From positions 61,413 to 125,412 of the forward strand of contig CANRFY010000003.1 in NCBI GenBank assembly GCA_947630015.1: 64,000 nt of DNA, written 5' to 3'. Every line of letters begins with the position of its first letter. Within the stretch, counting starts at the first letter, position 1. The notes under the pieces were generated by a model. That model saw only the letters and a list, made by a program, of their open reading frames with translations. It was not told the DNA's origin and made no database searches. A program made the translations under genes and the position numbers. Positions 1-9,017 of this stretch are shown here, in pieces. The DNA comes from an uncultured Clostridia bacterium. GTDB taxonomy: Bacteria > Bacillota > Clostridia > Oscillospirales > CAG-272.

Positions 1-612
1 GAAACGACAGTCGACGGCAAAAATGTGATCTTCGGCAGCATCGACGCGCTCGAGGGGATCGGGATACGCATCCCGAAGCCGCTGCTCGCCCACAGAAACG
101 ACGAATTCGGCGATTCCGTCTCGGTGATGTACATGGTACAGGACGGCAGATTCGTCTCGCGTATGCTGATACAGTATCTCGTCGACGCCGACTTTGAATT
201 CATTCTCCGTCAGCTCGACCGCGGCGGTATGTTCGTCGGGATAAAGACGTTCGATCCTAACGTGACCGAACAGTTCCTCGGCAAGCAGATAAAGCTCAAG
301 CATTATCCCGTTCGTGTGATCAGATGCAAATCGCTCGACGACAGGACCGTCATTGCCGACACGACAGTCAGCGGACTGATCTCAAAGGATTCGCCGAAGT
401 CGCTGCTCCAGACGGTGACGCTCTGCGAAAAGGTGCTTCACGCGCGCAGCATAAATACGATGCTCGTCATAATCTCGGCTTTGATAAGCGTGTTCGTATC
501 GATACTCGCGATACTGTTCGAGGCGCTCCCGCTGACGCCGCTGTTCATAGCGCTGTATCAGCTGTTCTGGATCGTGCCGATGTTCGTCGCGTCAAAAATG
601 ATAGTCTCATAA
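1..612 (+). CDS. 5'-truncated membrane protein resembling the C-terminal half of a P1B-type ATPase, with degenerate catalytic motifs
   Basis: Frame is open from base 1 (ETTVDGKNVIFGS...). VMYMVQDGRF...QLDRGGMFVGIKTFDPNV resembles the N/P-domain junction of P-type ATPases and is followed by two hydrophobic helices. No GDGxND motif. Confidence 0.5.
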   Translation, partial: ETTVDGKNVIFGSIDALEGIGIRIPKPLLAHRNDEFGDSVSVMYMVQDGRFVSRMLIQYLVDADFEFILRQLDRGGMFVGIKTFDPNVTEQFLGKQIKLKHYPVRVIRCKSLDDRTVIADTTVSGLISKDSPKSLLQTVTLCEKVLHARSINTMLVIISALISVFVSILAILFEALPLTPLFIALYQLFWIVPMFVASKMIVS

Positions 613-676
613 GGATACACGATAAAGGGGAGCTTATGACGGCTCCCCTTTACGACTTTAAATTTATCGGTGAAAT

Positions 677-2539
677 ATGGATTACAAAAAATACGGAAGC
701 ATACTTAAAAGCGTATCGAAGCCGGCGAGATATACGGGCGGCGAGCGCGGTCAGATCATAAAGGATAAAAACGACGTCAAGTGCAGATTCGCGTTCTGCT
801 TTCCCGATACATATGAGATCGGGATGTCGAATCTCGGCGTCCGCATTTTGTACGGCGCGTTGAACAGCGAGCCGCACGTCTGGTGCGAGCGCGTGTACGC
901 GCCGTGGGTCGATATGCAGGAGCGCATGAGGGAATATAATATACCGCTTTGGGCGCACGAGAGCGGCGATCCGATCAGGGAATTCGACGTCGTCGCGTTC
1001 ACGCTCCAATATGAAATGTGCTATACGAACGTGCTTATGATGCTCGAGCTTGCGGGGATCCCGATCTTGGCAAAGGACAGGGGAGAGGCCGATCCGATCG
1101 TGATCGGCGGCGGCCCGTGCGCGTACAACGCGGAGCCGATGGCGGATTTCTTCGATATTTTCTCGATCGGAGAGGGCGAGGAAGCGCTGCCGGAGCTGAC
1201 GCGGCTCTATATAAGAATGAAGGAGACGGGCGATTACTCGCGCGAAAAATTCCTCTATGCGGCGGCGACTGAGCTTGAGGGGTTCTATGTCCCGTCGCTG
1301 TACCGCGTCGAATACGGCGCGGACGGCAAAATATCGGCGTTCGAGCCTGTCGACGGGCGCGTCCCGCGCCGCGTCAAAAAGCGCATAGTCGAAGATTTCG
1401 ATCACAGCTATTTTCCGACGAATCCCGTGATGCCGTATACGGAGGTTGTTCACGACCGCATAATGCTCGAGGTGTTCCGCGGCTGCATACGAGGCTGCCG
1501 CTTCTGTCAGGCCGGCATGACGTATCGTCCCGTGCGCGACAGATCGGTCGAGACGCTGTGCCGTCAGGCGGAGGAAATGTACAAAAACACGGGCTACGAC
1601 GAGATATCGCTGACGTCGCTCGCGATCGACGATTATACGTGCGTCGACAGACTGACCGATGAGCTGATAAAATGGACGAACGACAACAAAATATCGCTGT
1701 CGCTGCCGTCGCTGCGCGCCGACAGCTTTACGCGCGAGCTGATGGCGAAGATAAGCGGAGTTCGTTCGTCGGGGCTGACGTTCGCGCCGGAGGCGGGAAC
1801 GCAGAGACTGCGCGACGCGATAAACAAAAACGTCCGCGAAGAGGATATAATGAACGCGGTCCACATCGCGTTCGAGGCCGGAAAATCGCAGGTAAAGCTG
1901 TATTTCATGATCGGTCTGCCGACCGAGACAGACGAGGATGTGATCGGGATCGCGCAGCTCGCGGAGCGCGTGATCGTAGAATACTACAAAACGGAGGGCC
2001 GCAATAAGAAGCGCCCGCCGCAGGTGACGATCTCGACGGCGTGCTTCATCCCAAAGCCGAAAACGCCGTTTCAGTGGGCGCCGCAGATCACGCCGGATGA
2101 ATTCGTGCGCCGCCAGCGCCTGATCGCGGACAACATCCACGACAGACGGATCAAATACAATTTCCACGATTCCGAAGTGTCGTTCGTCGAGGCCGTGCTT
2201 GCGCGAGGCGACAGGCGTCTGTCGCGCGTGATGCTCGAAATGCACGCGCGAGGCGCGTGCTTCGACGCGTGGGACGAGCATTTCTCATACGAAAAATGGC
2301 GCGAGGCGTTCGACACCGCCGGCGTCGATCCCGATTTCTACGCGCGCCGCGAGCGCACGCCGGATGAGATATTGCCGTGGGACGTCATAGACGTCGGCGT
2401 GACGGATAAATTTTTGCTGCGCGAATGGGAGGCGGCGAAGAGATCGGAGCCGTCGTTGAACTGCCGCGAGCATTGTTCGGGCTGCGGCGCATATGTATAC
2501 GGAGGTGATACGCTGTGTCGGAAAATGAGAGAGAAGTAA
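677..2539 (+). CDS. TIGR03960-type B12-binding-domain radical SAM protein
   Basis: N-terminal KPARYTGGE and FPDTYEIGMSNLG; CxxxCxxC motif (CIRGCRFC); C-terminal Cys cluster CREHCSGCG; adjacent to a TIGR03936-type gene. Confidence 0.88.
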   Translation: MDYKKYGSILKSVSKPARYTGGERGQIIKDKNDVKCRFAFCFPDTYEIGMSNLGVRILYGALNSEPHVWCERVYAPWVDMQERMREYNIPLWAHESGDPIREFDVVAFTLQYEMCYTNVLMMLELAGIPILAKDRGEADPIVIGGGPCAYNAEPMADFFDIFSIGEGEEALPELTRLYIRMKETGDYSREKFLYAAATELEGFYVPSLYRVEYGADGKISAFEPVDGRVPRRVKKRIVEDFDHSYFPTNPVMPYTEVVHDRIMLEVFRGCIRGCRFCQAGMTYRPVRDRSVETLCRQAEEMYKNTGYDEISLTSLAIDDYTCVDRLTDELIKWTNDNKISLSLPSLRADSFTRELMAKISGVRSSGLTFAPEAGTQRLRDAINKNVREEDIMNAVHIAFEAGKSQVKLYFMIGLPTETDEDVIGIAQLAERVIVEYYKTEGRNKKRPPQVTISTACFIPKPKTPFQWAPQITPDEFVRRQRLIADNIHDRRIKYNFHDSEVSFVEAVLARGDRRLSRVMLEMHARGACFDAWDEHFSYEKWREAFDTAGVDPDFYARRERTPDEILPWDVIDVGVTDKFLLREWEAAKRSEPSLNCREHCSGCGAYVYGGDTLCRKMREK

Positions 2540-2541
2540 AA

Positions 2542-3237
2542 ATGTCGGCGACAGCGGCAACGTCGCCTGTGCGCGTCGCGTTCACGAAAACAGGCGCGCT
2601 GTCGTTCATTTCGCATCTCGATCTGATGCGGACCGTAACGCGTATGCTGATCCGCGCCGACATCGGGATATATTATACGGAGGGGTTCAATCCGCATCCG
2701 AAGCTCGTGTTCGCACTGCCGCTTTCGGTCGGCGTCGAGAGCAATTACGAGCTGTTCGACGTAAAGGTGGCGGGCGAGGGCGCGGACTGCGCGCTGATTG
2801 CGGAGCGTCTGCGCTGCGAGTCGCCCGACGACATAAAAATTTCAGACGTCTACGCGCCGACGAGAAAATTCCGCGATATCGCATATTCGGATTACGAGAT
2901 CGTAATTTGCGGCGGAAATTGCTGCGCCGATCCGATCGCGGCGGTCGAGCGGATGATGTCGGGGCCTGTGATCGAGAAAAAGCGCACGAAATCGGGCGAG
3001 ATCGAATGCGATATCCGCCCGTTCATAAAATCGCTCGAATGCGAGGGCGGGGGACGCGAGCTGCGCATAAAAACGCGGCTCGACGCCGCGTCGGAGTCGT
3101 ATCTGAATCCCGAATACGTCGTAAAAGCGGTGACGAACGCGACGGGGATCACGCTTGACGATATATCGCCGGACGGCGACTCGTATTCGATCACGCGCAC
3201 GGGCATCTTCGACGCCAACGGCGCCTTGTTTAGGTAG
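2542..3237 (+). CDS. TIGR03936/DUF2344-type radical SAM-linked protein
   Basis: FISHLDLMR...EGFNPHPKLVFALPLSVG signature; ATG 2 nt after the upstream stop. Confidence 0.85.
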   Translation: MSATAATSPVRVAFTKTGALSFISHLDLMRTVTRMLIRADIGIYYTEGFNPHPKLVFALPLSVGVESNYELFDVKVAGEGADCALIAERLRCESPDDIKISDVYAPTRKFRDIAYSDYEIVICGGNCCADPIAAVERMMSGPVIEKKRTKSGEIECDIRPFIKSLECEGGGRELRIKTRLDAASESYLNPEYVVKAVTNATGITLDDISPDGDSYSITRTGIFDANGALFR

Positions 3238-3241
3238 GATT

Positions 3242-3410
3242 ATGGTTTTTGGGGCAGCGCCCCAAACCCCACTTAAGGAAACTTTTTGAAAAAAGTTCCC
3301 TTAAGAATCCTTCAAAAACTTTTATTACAGGGTATAAAGGGCAAGAGTGTTAGATTCTGCATCTGACATTCGTGCGTCGACGAAGTAGTCGCGCGAGCGC
3401 GAACACCGAT
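3242..3410 (+). repeat. Structured dispersed repeat, copy A (about 170 bp)
   Basis: ATGGTTTTTGGGGC-AGC-GCCCC, CTTAAGG...CCTTAAG hairpin, ACTTTTATTACA, and 3' GCGAACACCGAT; aligns by eye with 3584-3751 (-) and 12761-12940 (+). Confidence 0.9.
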
Positions 3411-3455
3411 GGTTTAGAGCAAATGCGCTTATCTCTGCGCCGCGCGTTCATATTG

Positions 3456-3491
3456 CCAAAACAAAAAGGGGTGTCGCCCCTTTTTGTTTGG
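3456..3491. terminator. Bidirectional intrinsic terminator
   Basis: CCAAAACAAAAAGGGG-TGTCG-CCCCTTTTTGTTTGG between convergent genes. Confidence 0.8.
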
Positions 3492-3503
3492 TAGAGAATG
3501 TAT

Positions 3504-3583
3504 TGTAATAAAAGCTTTGAAGGGATTGTTAAGGAATTTCTTAAAAGTTCCCCCGAAGCTGGGTACGGGGCTTTGCCCCAAAA
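3504..3583 (-). repeat. Structured dispersed repeat, copy B (5' half only, in tandem after copy C)
   Basis: Reverse complement reads TTTTGGGGC-AAA-GCCCC...CCTTAACAATCCCTTCAAAGCTTTTATTACA. Confidence 0.85.
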
Positions 3584-3751
3584 ATCGGTGTTCGCGCTTG
3601 CGCGACTACTTCGTAGGCGCATAAACGCGCATCGCAAAGGCGAACACACTCGCACAATAATCCATGTAATAAAAGTTTTGCGGGGATTCTTAAGGGGGCT
3701 TTTTTAAAAGCCCCCCTTAAGCGGGGGTTGGGGCAGCGCCCCAAAAACCAT
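3584..3751 (-). repeat. Structured dispersed repeat, copy C (full)
   Basis: Reverse complement reads ATGGTTTTTGGGGC-GCT-GCCCC...CTTAAGGGGGGCTTTTAAAAAAGCCCCCTTAAG...ACTTTTATTACA...GTGTTCGC...GCGAACACCGAT. Confidence 0.9.
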
Positions 3752-3754
3752 CCA

Positions 3755-4126
3755 TCAAAGGATGTTGCTGAGCGAGGGACGCGACAGATCCTTTATATGG
3801 CGCAGTTCGCTTTTCAGAAGTCTGCACGCGCCGTAATATTCCGCGTCCGTAGCGCCTTTTTGTGACAGAACGTCGAGCGAGTCGATGAGCGTTTCGGTGC
3901 GCGTCACCTCTTTTCGGTGAACGGATATGCACACCGTGAATTTTGCCTCATCCCAGACGCGCCTGATCTGCTCCACGGCATACGCGCGTCCGTCCGGATC
4001 GGCCGCGTCCGCCTCCGCGGCGAGCGCGATCAGCCTGTCGGCGTATTCGTCCGTGTAAACGGACGCGACGATCGTGATCGACAAAAGCGCCGCGATCAGA
4101 ACGATCGCGAAAACAAACGATTTCAT
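3755..4126 (-). CDS. DUF4363-type membrane-anchored protein
   Basis: N-terminal hydrophobic helix, W...ISVHRKEV motif, about 120 aa, directly downstream of a DUF421 gene as commonly seen in Clostridia. Confidence 0.7.
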   Translation of the reverse strand: MKSFVFAIVLIAALLSITIVASVYTDEYADRLIALAAEADAADPDGRAYAVEQIRRVWDEAKFTVCISVHRKEVTRTETLIDSLDVLSQKGATDAEYYGACRLLKSELRHIKDLSRPSLSNIL

Positions 4127-4148
4127 TTCAAATTACCACAGGCGCGGC

Positions 4149-4838
4149 TCAGCCGCGCTCCTTTTTTATAAGTGTGACCTCGTCGCTGTCGTTGCAGAGC
4201 AGAAGCAGAACGTCGCGCCTTTCGCATTTCGCCATGCGCAACTGATGCTCGACGAACGCGCGCGTCTTCCGCGCCGCCTTTATGTTCTGCTCGATCAGGT
4301 CGCCGTCGATGATGAGCGCGTGCGCGACGCCGCTGTCAGGCACAGTCTGTCCCGACATAACGTCGGCGATCTCGCCGATATTGGGCGGACGTTTGTCGGC
4401 GCGCGGGAAAACGGACAGCTTGCCGTCGTCCTCGACGATGGCATAGTACACATCGGAGATGTCGCCGTAACCGTTCTGACGAAGCTGACCGAGCAGCTCG
4501 CTCGTGCTGATGCGGAGCCGCCGCAGCTCGCGCTGATCGAGGACGCCGCGGCAGATCAAAATGCTCGGACGCCCCGAAAAAACGCGGCGCACAGCGCCGC
4601 TTTTGACCGACAAAAACGACGTTATCACCTCGAGCGATACGATCAGCGCGACGGGCGCGGCCATATAGTAGAGCGGGATGTCGGGATCGGAGATCGGCAA
4701 GGCGGCAAGCTCGGACAATAAAAGCGTCGTGACAAGCTCCGACAGCTCGAACTCGCCGAGCTGCCGCTTTCCCATCAGCTTCATCGAAAGCTCGAGTATG
4801 CAGTATATGATCAACGTCCGTATGAGAACGGTCGGCAT
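4149..4838 (-). CDS. DUF421 (YetF/YcaP-like) membrane protein
   Basis: MGKRQLGEFELSELV...; YYAIVEDDGKLSV; GGAGGTG RBS before the ATG at 4838. Confidence 0.88.
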   Translation of the reverse strand: MPTVLIRTLIIYCILELSMKLMGKRQLGEFELSELVTTLLLSELAALPISDPDIPLYYMAAPVALIVSLEVITSFLSVKSGAVRRVFSGRPSILICRGVLDQRELRRLRISTSELLGQLRQNGYGDISDVYYAIVEDDGKLSVFPRADKRPPNIGEIADVMSGQTVPDSGVAHALIIDGDLIEQNIKAARKTRAFVEHQLRMAKCERRDVLLLLCNDSDEVTLIKKERG

Positions 4839-4933
4839 ATGAACACCTCCGACGGCAGTTATCACGATTATGATGCGCATAAAAAGCGAAAATTATGCGC
4901 GGCGAGGCGACCGCGAATATTTTTCAAAAGCTA

Positions 4934-4962
4934 TTGCCATAATCAAATATTTGAGATATAAT
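4934..4962 (+). promoter_or_regulatory. SigA-type promoter for the COG2426 gene and metK
   Basis: TTGCCA-17 nt-TATAAT. Confidence 0.7.
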
Positions 4963-5000
4963 ATAATCTGGCCTTGTGCCGAATTTATCCGGAGTTATTT

Positions 5001-5462
5001 ATGCTTGATCTGTTGTACGTATTTTTCATATCGATGGTACCGTTTATCGAGATACGCGGCTCCGTGCCGGCAGGCGCGCTGCTCGGGATTCATCCCGCGC
5101 TCTGCTATGCGGTGTCCGTACTCGGCAATATGCTGCCCGTACCGTTTATTTTGCTTTTCATTAAAAAGATACTCGCATGGATGAAAAAGATCCCGAAGCT
5201 CGAAAAGATCGCCTTGTGGATCGAGGCGCACGGAGCTAAACGGTCGGACAAGGTGACGAGATACGCGACGCTCGGTCTCGCGCTTTTCGTCGGGATACCG
5301 CTGCCCGGGACGGGCGCGTGGACGGGATCGCTGATCGCTGCGCTGCTCGATATGAAATTCGGCTACGCGATCTTGTCGGTATTCTGCGGGGTGCTGTTCG
5401 CCGGACTTATAATGAGCGGCATTTCATACGGATTTCTCGGATTTCTCAGCTTTTTATCGTGA
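5001..5462 (+). CDS. COG2426 / small multidrug export family membrane protein
   Basis: SMVPFIEIRGSVP, GNMLPVPFIL and FVGIPLPGTGAWTG motifs; GGAG before the ATG at 5001. Confidence 0.85.
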   Translation: MLDLLYVFFISMVPFIEIRGSVPAGALLGIHPALCYAVSVLGNMLPVPFILLFIKKILAWMKKIPKLEKIALWIEAHGAKRSDKVTRYATLGLALFVGIPLPGTGAWTGSLIAALLDMKFGYAILSVFCGVLFAGLIMSGISYGFLGFLSFLS

Positions 5463-5483
5463 TATTCACGGGAGGGATACAGA

Positions 5484-6674
5484 ATGGCTAAAAAAAGACT
5501 TTTCACATCCGAATCTGTGACGGAGGGACATCCCGATAAGATATCGGATCAGATATCGGACGCAATACTCGACGAGCTTTTAGCTCGCGATCCGATGAGC
5601 CGCGCTGCGGTCGAGACGTTCTGCACGACGGGCTTCGTCATGGTAATGGGCGAGGTCACGACGTCCGCATACGTCGACATTCAGTCGACGGTTCGCGACG
5701 TCGTCCGCTCGATCGGATACGATCGCGCAAAATACGGATTTGACTGCGATACGTGCGCCGTCGTCAGCTCGATACATGAGCAAAGCCCCGACATCGCGCT
5801 CGGCGTGGACAAGTCCGCAGAGGCGAAGGCGGGCGAGATCACGGATAAATACGACACCGGCGCGGGAGATCAGGGCATGATGTTCGGATACGCGTGCGAC
5901 GAGACGCCGGAGCTTATGCCGCTGCCGATCTCGCTTTCGCATAAGCTGTGCCGGAGGCTTGCGGCTCTGCGCAAGAGCAGCGAGCTTGATTATCTGCGTC
6001 CCGACGGAAAATCGCAGGTCACGGTCGAATACGACGAAAACGACCGCCCCGTGCGCATCGATACGATCGTCGTATCGACGCAGCATTCGCCCGAGGCAAG
6101 CCTTGAAACGATACGCCGCGACGTGATCGAACGCGTCATAAAGCCGACGATCGACGCCGATATGATGGACGAGAACACGAAGATATACGTCAACCCTACG
6201 GGCAGATTCGTGATCGGCGGCCCCGCCGGCGACAGCGGCCTTACGGGACGTAAGATCATCGTCGACACATACGGCGGCTACGCGCGTCACGGCGGCGGAT
6301 CGTTCTCCGGCAAGGACCCGACAAAGGTCGACAGAACGGCGACATACGCGGCGCGTTACATCGCTAAAAACATAGTCGCTGCGGGACTCGCGCGCAAATG
6401 CGAGATTCAGATCGCATACGCGATCGGCGTGGCGAAGCCCGTTTCCGTGATGATCGAGACGTTCGGCACCGCGAACGTAGACGAGGACGAGCTTGGACGC
6501 TACATCATGGAACACGTCGATCTGCGTCCCGCGTATTTGATCGAGAAATTCGATCTGCGCCGTCCGATATACAGACAGCTTGCGGCATACGGCCATATGG
6601 GACGCGAGGATCTCGGCGTTCTCTGGGAGAAGACCGATCTTGCCGACGAGCTGAGAGCGGCGTTTAACAAATAA
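5484..6674 (+). CDS. metK: S-adenosylmethionine synthetase
   Basis: [34 protein letters not shown]. Confidence 0.98.
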   Translation: MAKKRLFTSESVTEGHPDKISDQISDAILDELLARDPMSRAAVETFCTTGFVMVMGEVTTSAYVDIQSTVRDVVRSIGYDRAKYGFDCDTCAVVSSIHEQSPDIALGVDKSAEAKAGEITDKYDTGAGDQGMMFGYACDETPELMPLPISLSHKLCRRLAALRKSSELDYLRPDGKSQVTVEYDENDRPVRIDTIVVSTQHSPEASLETIRRDVIERVIKPTIDADMMDENTKIYVNPTGRFVIGGPAGDSGLTGRKIIVDTYGGYARHGGGSFSGKDPTKVDRTATYAARYIAKNIVAAGLARKCEIQIAYAIGVAKPVSVMIETFGTANVDEDELGRYIMEHVDLRPAYLIEKFDLRRPIYRQLAAYGHMGREDLGVLWEKTDLADELRAAFNK

Positions 6675-6726
6675 TAACTCTCACCGGCAAGTCAAAGCAC
6701 AAATCGATAAAATTGACGGAGGAAGC

Positions 6727-6764
6727 GCGGGGGAGACGCTTTGCGCGCAAAGCGTCTCCCCCGC
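6727..6764. repeat. Perfect 38-bp zero-spacer palindrome
   Basis: GCGGGGGAGACGCTTTGCG|CGCAAAGCGTCTCCCCCGC; no U-tract follows. Confidence 0.9.
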
Positions 6765-6779
6765 TGAAAACAGCGGGAT

Positions 6780-9017
6780 ATGGACGAGCCTGTAACGATC
6801 AGCGGCGTCGTTGAAAATATAATATATCGCAGCGACGATACGGGATATACCGTATGCGACGTGGAATCGGACGCGGGCGAATTCGTCACCGCCGTCGGCG
6901 TAATGCCGCACGTATCCGAGGGCGAATCCGTCAAGCTCTACGGGAATTGGACGCTGCACGCGAGCTTCGGACGCCAGTTCCGCGTCGAGAGCGCGGAGGC
7001 GTGCCTCCCCGTCGAGGCGACGGAGATAATGCGATATTTAGCCTCCGGCAGCGTGAAGGGCGTAGGCCCCGTTACGGCGAAGCGAATTGTGCAGATGTAC
7101 GGCGCCGACACGTTCGACGTGATCGAGAATCACCCCGACTGGCTTGCCGAGGTGAACGGCATATCGAAAAAACGCGCCGCCGAGATACACGACAGCTTTA
7201 TCGAGCATACGGGATCGCGCTCCGTCATGATGTTCTGCCGCGAATATTTCGGACCGGCGACGTCGATGAAAATATACAAGGAATGGGGCGCGGCCGCCGT
7301 CGATATAATCAGGAAAAATCCGTACAGACTTTGCGGCGAGATAAGCGGGATAGGCTTTACGAAGGCGGACGAGATCGCGCTGGCGCTCGGCGTCCCCGCC
7401 GACAGCTCGGAGCGTATCGAGGGCGCGATCGTATATTATCTCGTGCAGAACGCGAACGTGAACGGCCATGTATGTATGCCGGAGGACGAGGTCGCGGACG
7501 GAACGGCGGCGCTTCTACATATCGACAGGGAAAAGGTGCGGTCGTCAATATCGAGCATGACGGGACGCAGAAAGCTCGTGATCGACGACGGGATGTGCTA
7601 TCTCGATACGTATTATGCGGCGGAAACGTCGATAGCGAAGCGCCTATGCACGCTTGACAGGATGTGTCCGGCAGTCAATTCCGACGACGCGGAGCGGTTC
7701 ATCCGCATACTCGAGCTAAAATACGATATCGAATACGCGCCGCTCCAGCGGCAGGCAATAACGGACGCTCTTCGCGGCGGCGTCATGGTGCTGACGGGCA
7801 GCCCGGGAACGGGAAAGACGACAGTCGTGAAAGCGCTGATAGAGATTTTCCGCAGGATGGGACTCGAGAATATCGAGCTGGCGGCGCCGACGGGACGCGC
7901 CGCGAAGCGGATGAGCGAGGCCACCGGATCAGACGCGAGAACGATCCACAGACTGCTCGAAATGGAGTACAACGACGGATCGTATCCGCGGTTCACGCGC
8001 GACGAGCATAATCAGCTCGAGGCTGACGCGGTGATCGTCGACGAATCGTCAATGATAGACGTGATGCTGATGAACGCGCTGCTCGCCGCGATACGCCCGG
8101 GCGCGCGGCTGATCCTGATCGGCGACTCGAATCAATTGCCGTCGGTCGGCGCGGGAAACGTGCTGCACGATATAATCGCGTCGGGCGCGATCCATACGGT
8201 TTGCCTGTCTGAGATATTCCGTCAGGCAAAATCGAGCCGCATCATAACGAACGCGTCGATGATAAACGAAGGCCGGTATCCGGTGCTGACAGACAAGAGC
8301 GGCGACTTTTTCTTTCTTTACCGCAGAAGCGACGATTCTATCGCATCTACCGTCGTCGATCTGTGCGCGTCGCGGCTTCCGGCCGCATACGGCGACGAGA
8401 TCGCGGACGGGATACAGGTCATAACTCCGTCGCGGCGCGGAGCCGCCGGCACGGACGCACTCAACGCGGCGCTTCAGGAGCGCTTGAATCCGCCGTCGCC
8501 GAATAAGCGCGAGCATAAATCGCGCGAGATCGTGTTCCGCGAGGGCGACCGCGTGATGCAGACGAAAAACAATTATAAGCTCGAATGGTACCGCGACGGC
8601 GGCGTCAGCGCGATCGGGGACGAACCCGACGGCATCGGCGTATTCAACGGCGATATCGGCAGGATAGAGCGCATCGAGCCGGAGAACGACCGCATGGTGA
8701 TCATCTTCGACGACAGGCGCGTCTACTACGATTTCGCGCTCGACGGCGAGCTTGAACACGCATTCGCGATCACGGTGCATAAAAGCCAGGGAAGCGAATA
8801 TCCGGTCGTAATAATCCCCGTATACGGATGTCCGCCGCAGCTGATGACGCGCCGTTTGCTCTATACGGCGATCACGCGCGCGTCCAAGATGGCGATACTC
8901 GTCGGCAGAGACGATATCGTTATGCGGATGGTGGACGGAGTGACGGACGATATGAAGCACACCGGCCTCGAAAAACGGATACGCGAGCAGTTCTCACGCG
9001 CCGGAGGCGCGTTATGA
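6780..9017 (+). CDS. recD2: ATP-dependent RecD2-like DNA helicase
   Basis: N-terminal OB and HhH region (GIGFTKADEIA); Walker A GSPGTGKTT; VDESSMID; AITVHKSQGSEY; LYTAITRA. Confidence 0.95.
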   Translation: MDEPVTISGVVENIIYRSDDTGYTVCDVESDAGEFVTAVGVMPHVSEGESVKLYGNWTLHASFGRQFRVESAEACLPVEATEIMRYLASGSVKGVGPVTAKRIVQMYGADTFDVIENHPDWLAEVNGISKKRAAEIHDSFIEHTGSRSVMMFCREYFGPATSMKIYKEWGAAAVDIIRKNPYRLCGEISGIGFTKADEIALALGVPADSSERIEGAIVYYLVQNANVNGHVCMPEDEVADGTAALLHIDREKVRSSISSMTGRRKLVIDDGMCYLDTYYAAETSIAKRLCTLDRMCPAVNSDDAERFIRILELKYDIEYAPLQRQAITDALRGGVMVLTGSPGTGKTTVVKALIEIFRRMGLENIELAAPTGRAAKRMSEATGSDARTIHRLLEMEYNDGSYPRFTRDEHNQLEADAVIVDESSMIDVMLMNALLAAIRPGARLILIGDSNQLPSVGAGNVLHDIIASGAIHTVCLSEIFRQAKSSRIITNASMINEGRYPVLTDKSGDFFFLYRRSDDSIASTVVDLCASRLPAAYGDEIADGIQVITPSRRGAAGTDALNAALQERLNPPSPNKREHKSREIVFREGDRVMQTKNNYKLEWYRDGGVSAIGDEPDGIGVFNGDIGRIERIEPENDRMVIIFDDRRVYYDFALDGELEHAFAITVHKSQGSEYPVVIIPVYGCPPQLMTRRLLYTAITRASKMAILVGRDDIVMRMVDGVTDDMKHTGLEKRIREQFSRAGGAL

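Noticed and set aside
650-2281. 543-aa antisense ORF, and similar long ones at 5580-6596, 35557-37116, 37849-39060, 56767-57759 and 59824-61935
   Set aside because: They are shadows of well-supported genes on the opposite strand; they have no motifs or RBS and are expected from GC-rich codon bias.
3242-3751. Possible CRISPR array or prophage attachment site
   Set aside because: The units are about 170 bp, diverged, in mixed orientation and without unique spacers; no cas or integrase genes are present.
3350-3932. Several 67-101 aa ORFs in the repeat locus, and 12711-13036 near copy D
   Set aside because: They are translations of the repeat sequence on both strands, with no RBS and no recognisable domain.
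4860-4900. Sporulation sigma promoter (GCATA-17-CATCATA) upstream of DUF421
   Set aside because: Plausible, but the motif is too degenerate to support by eye.
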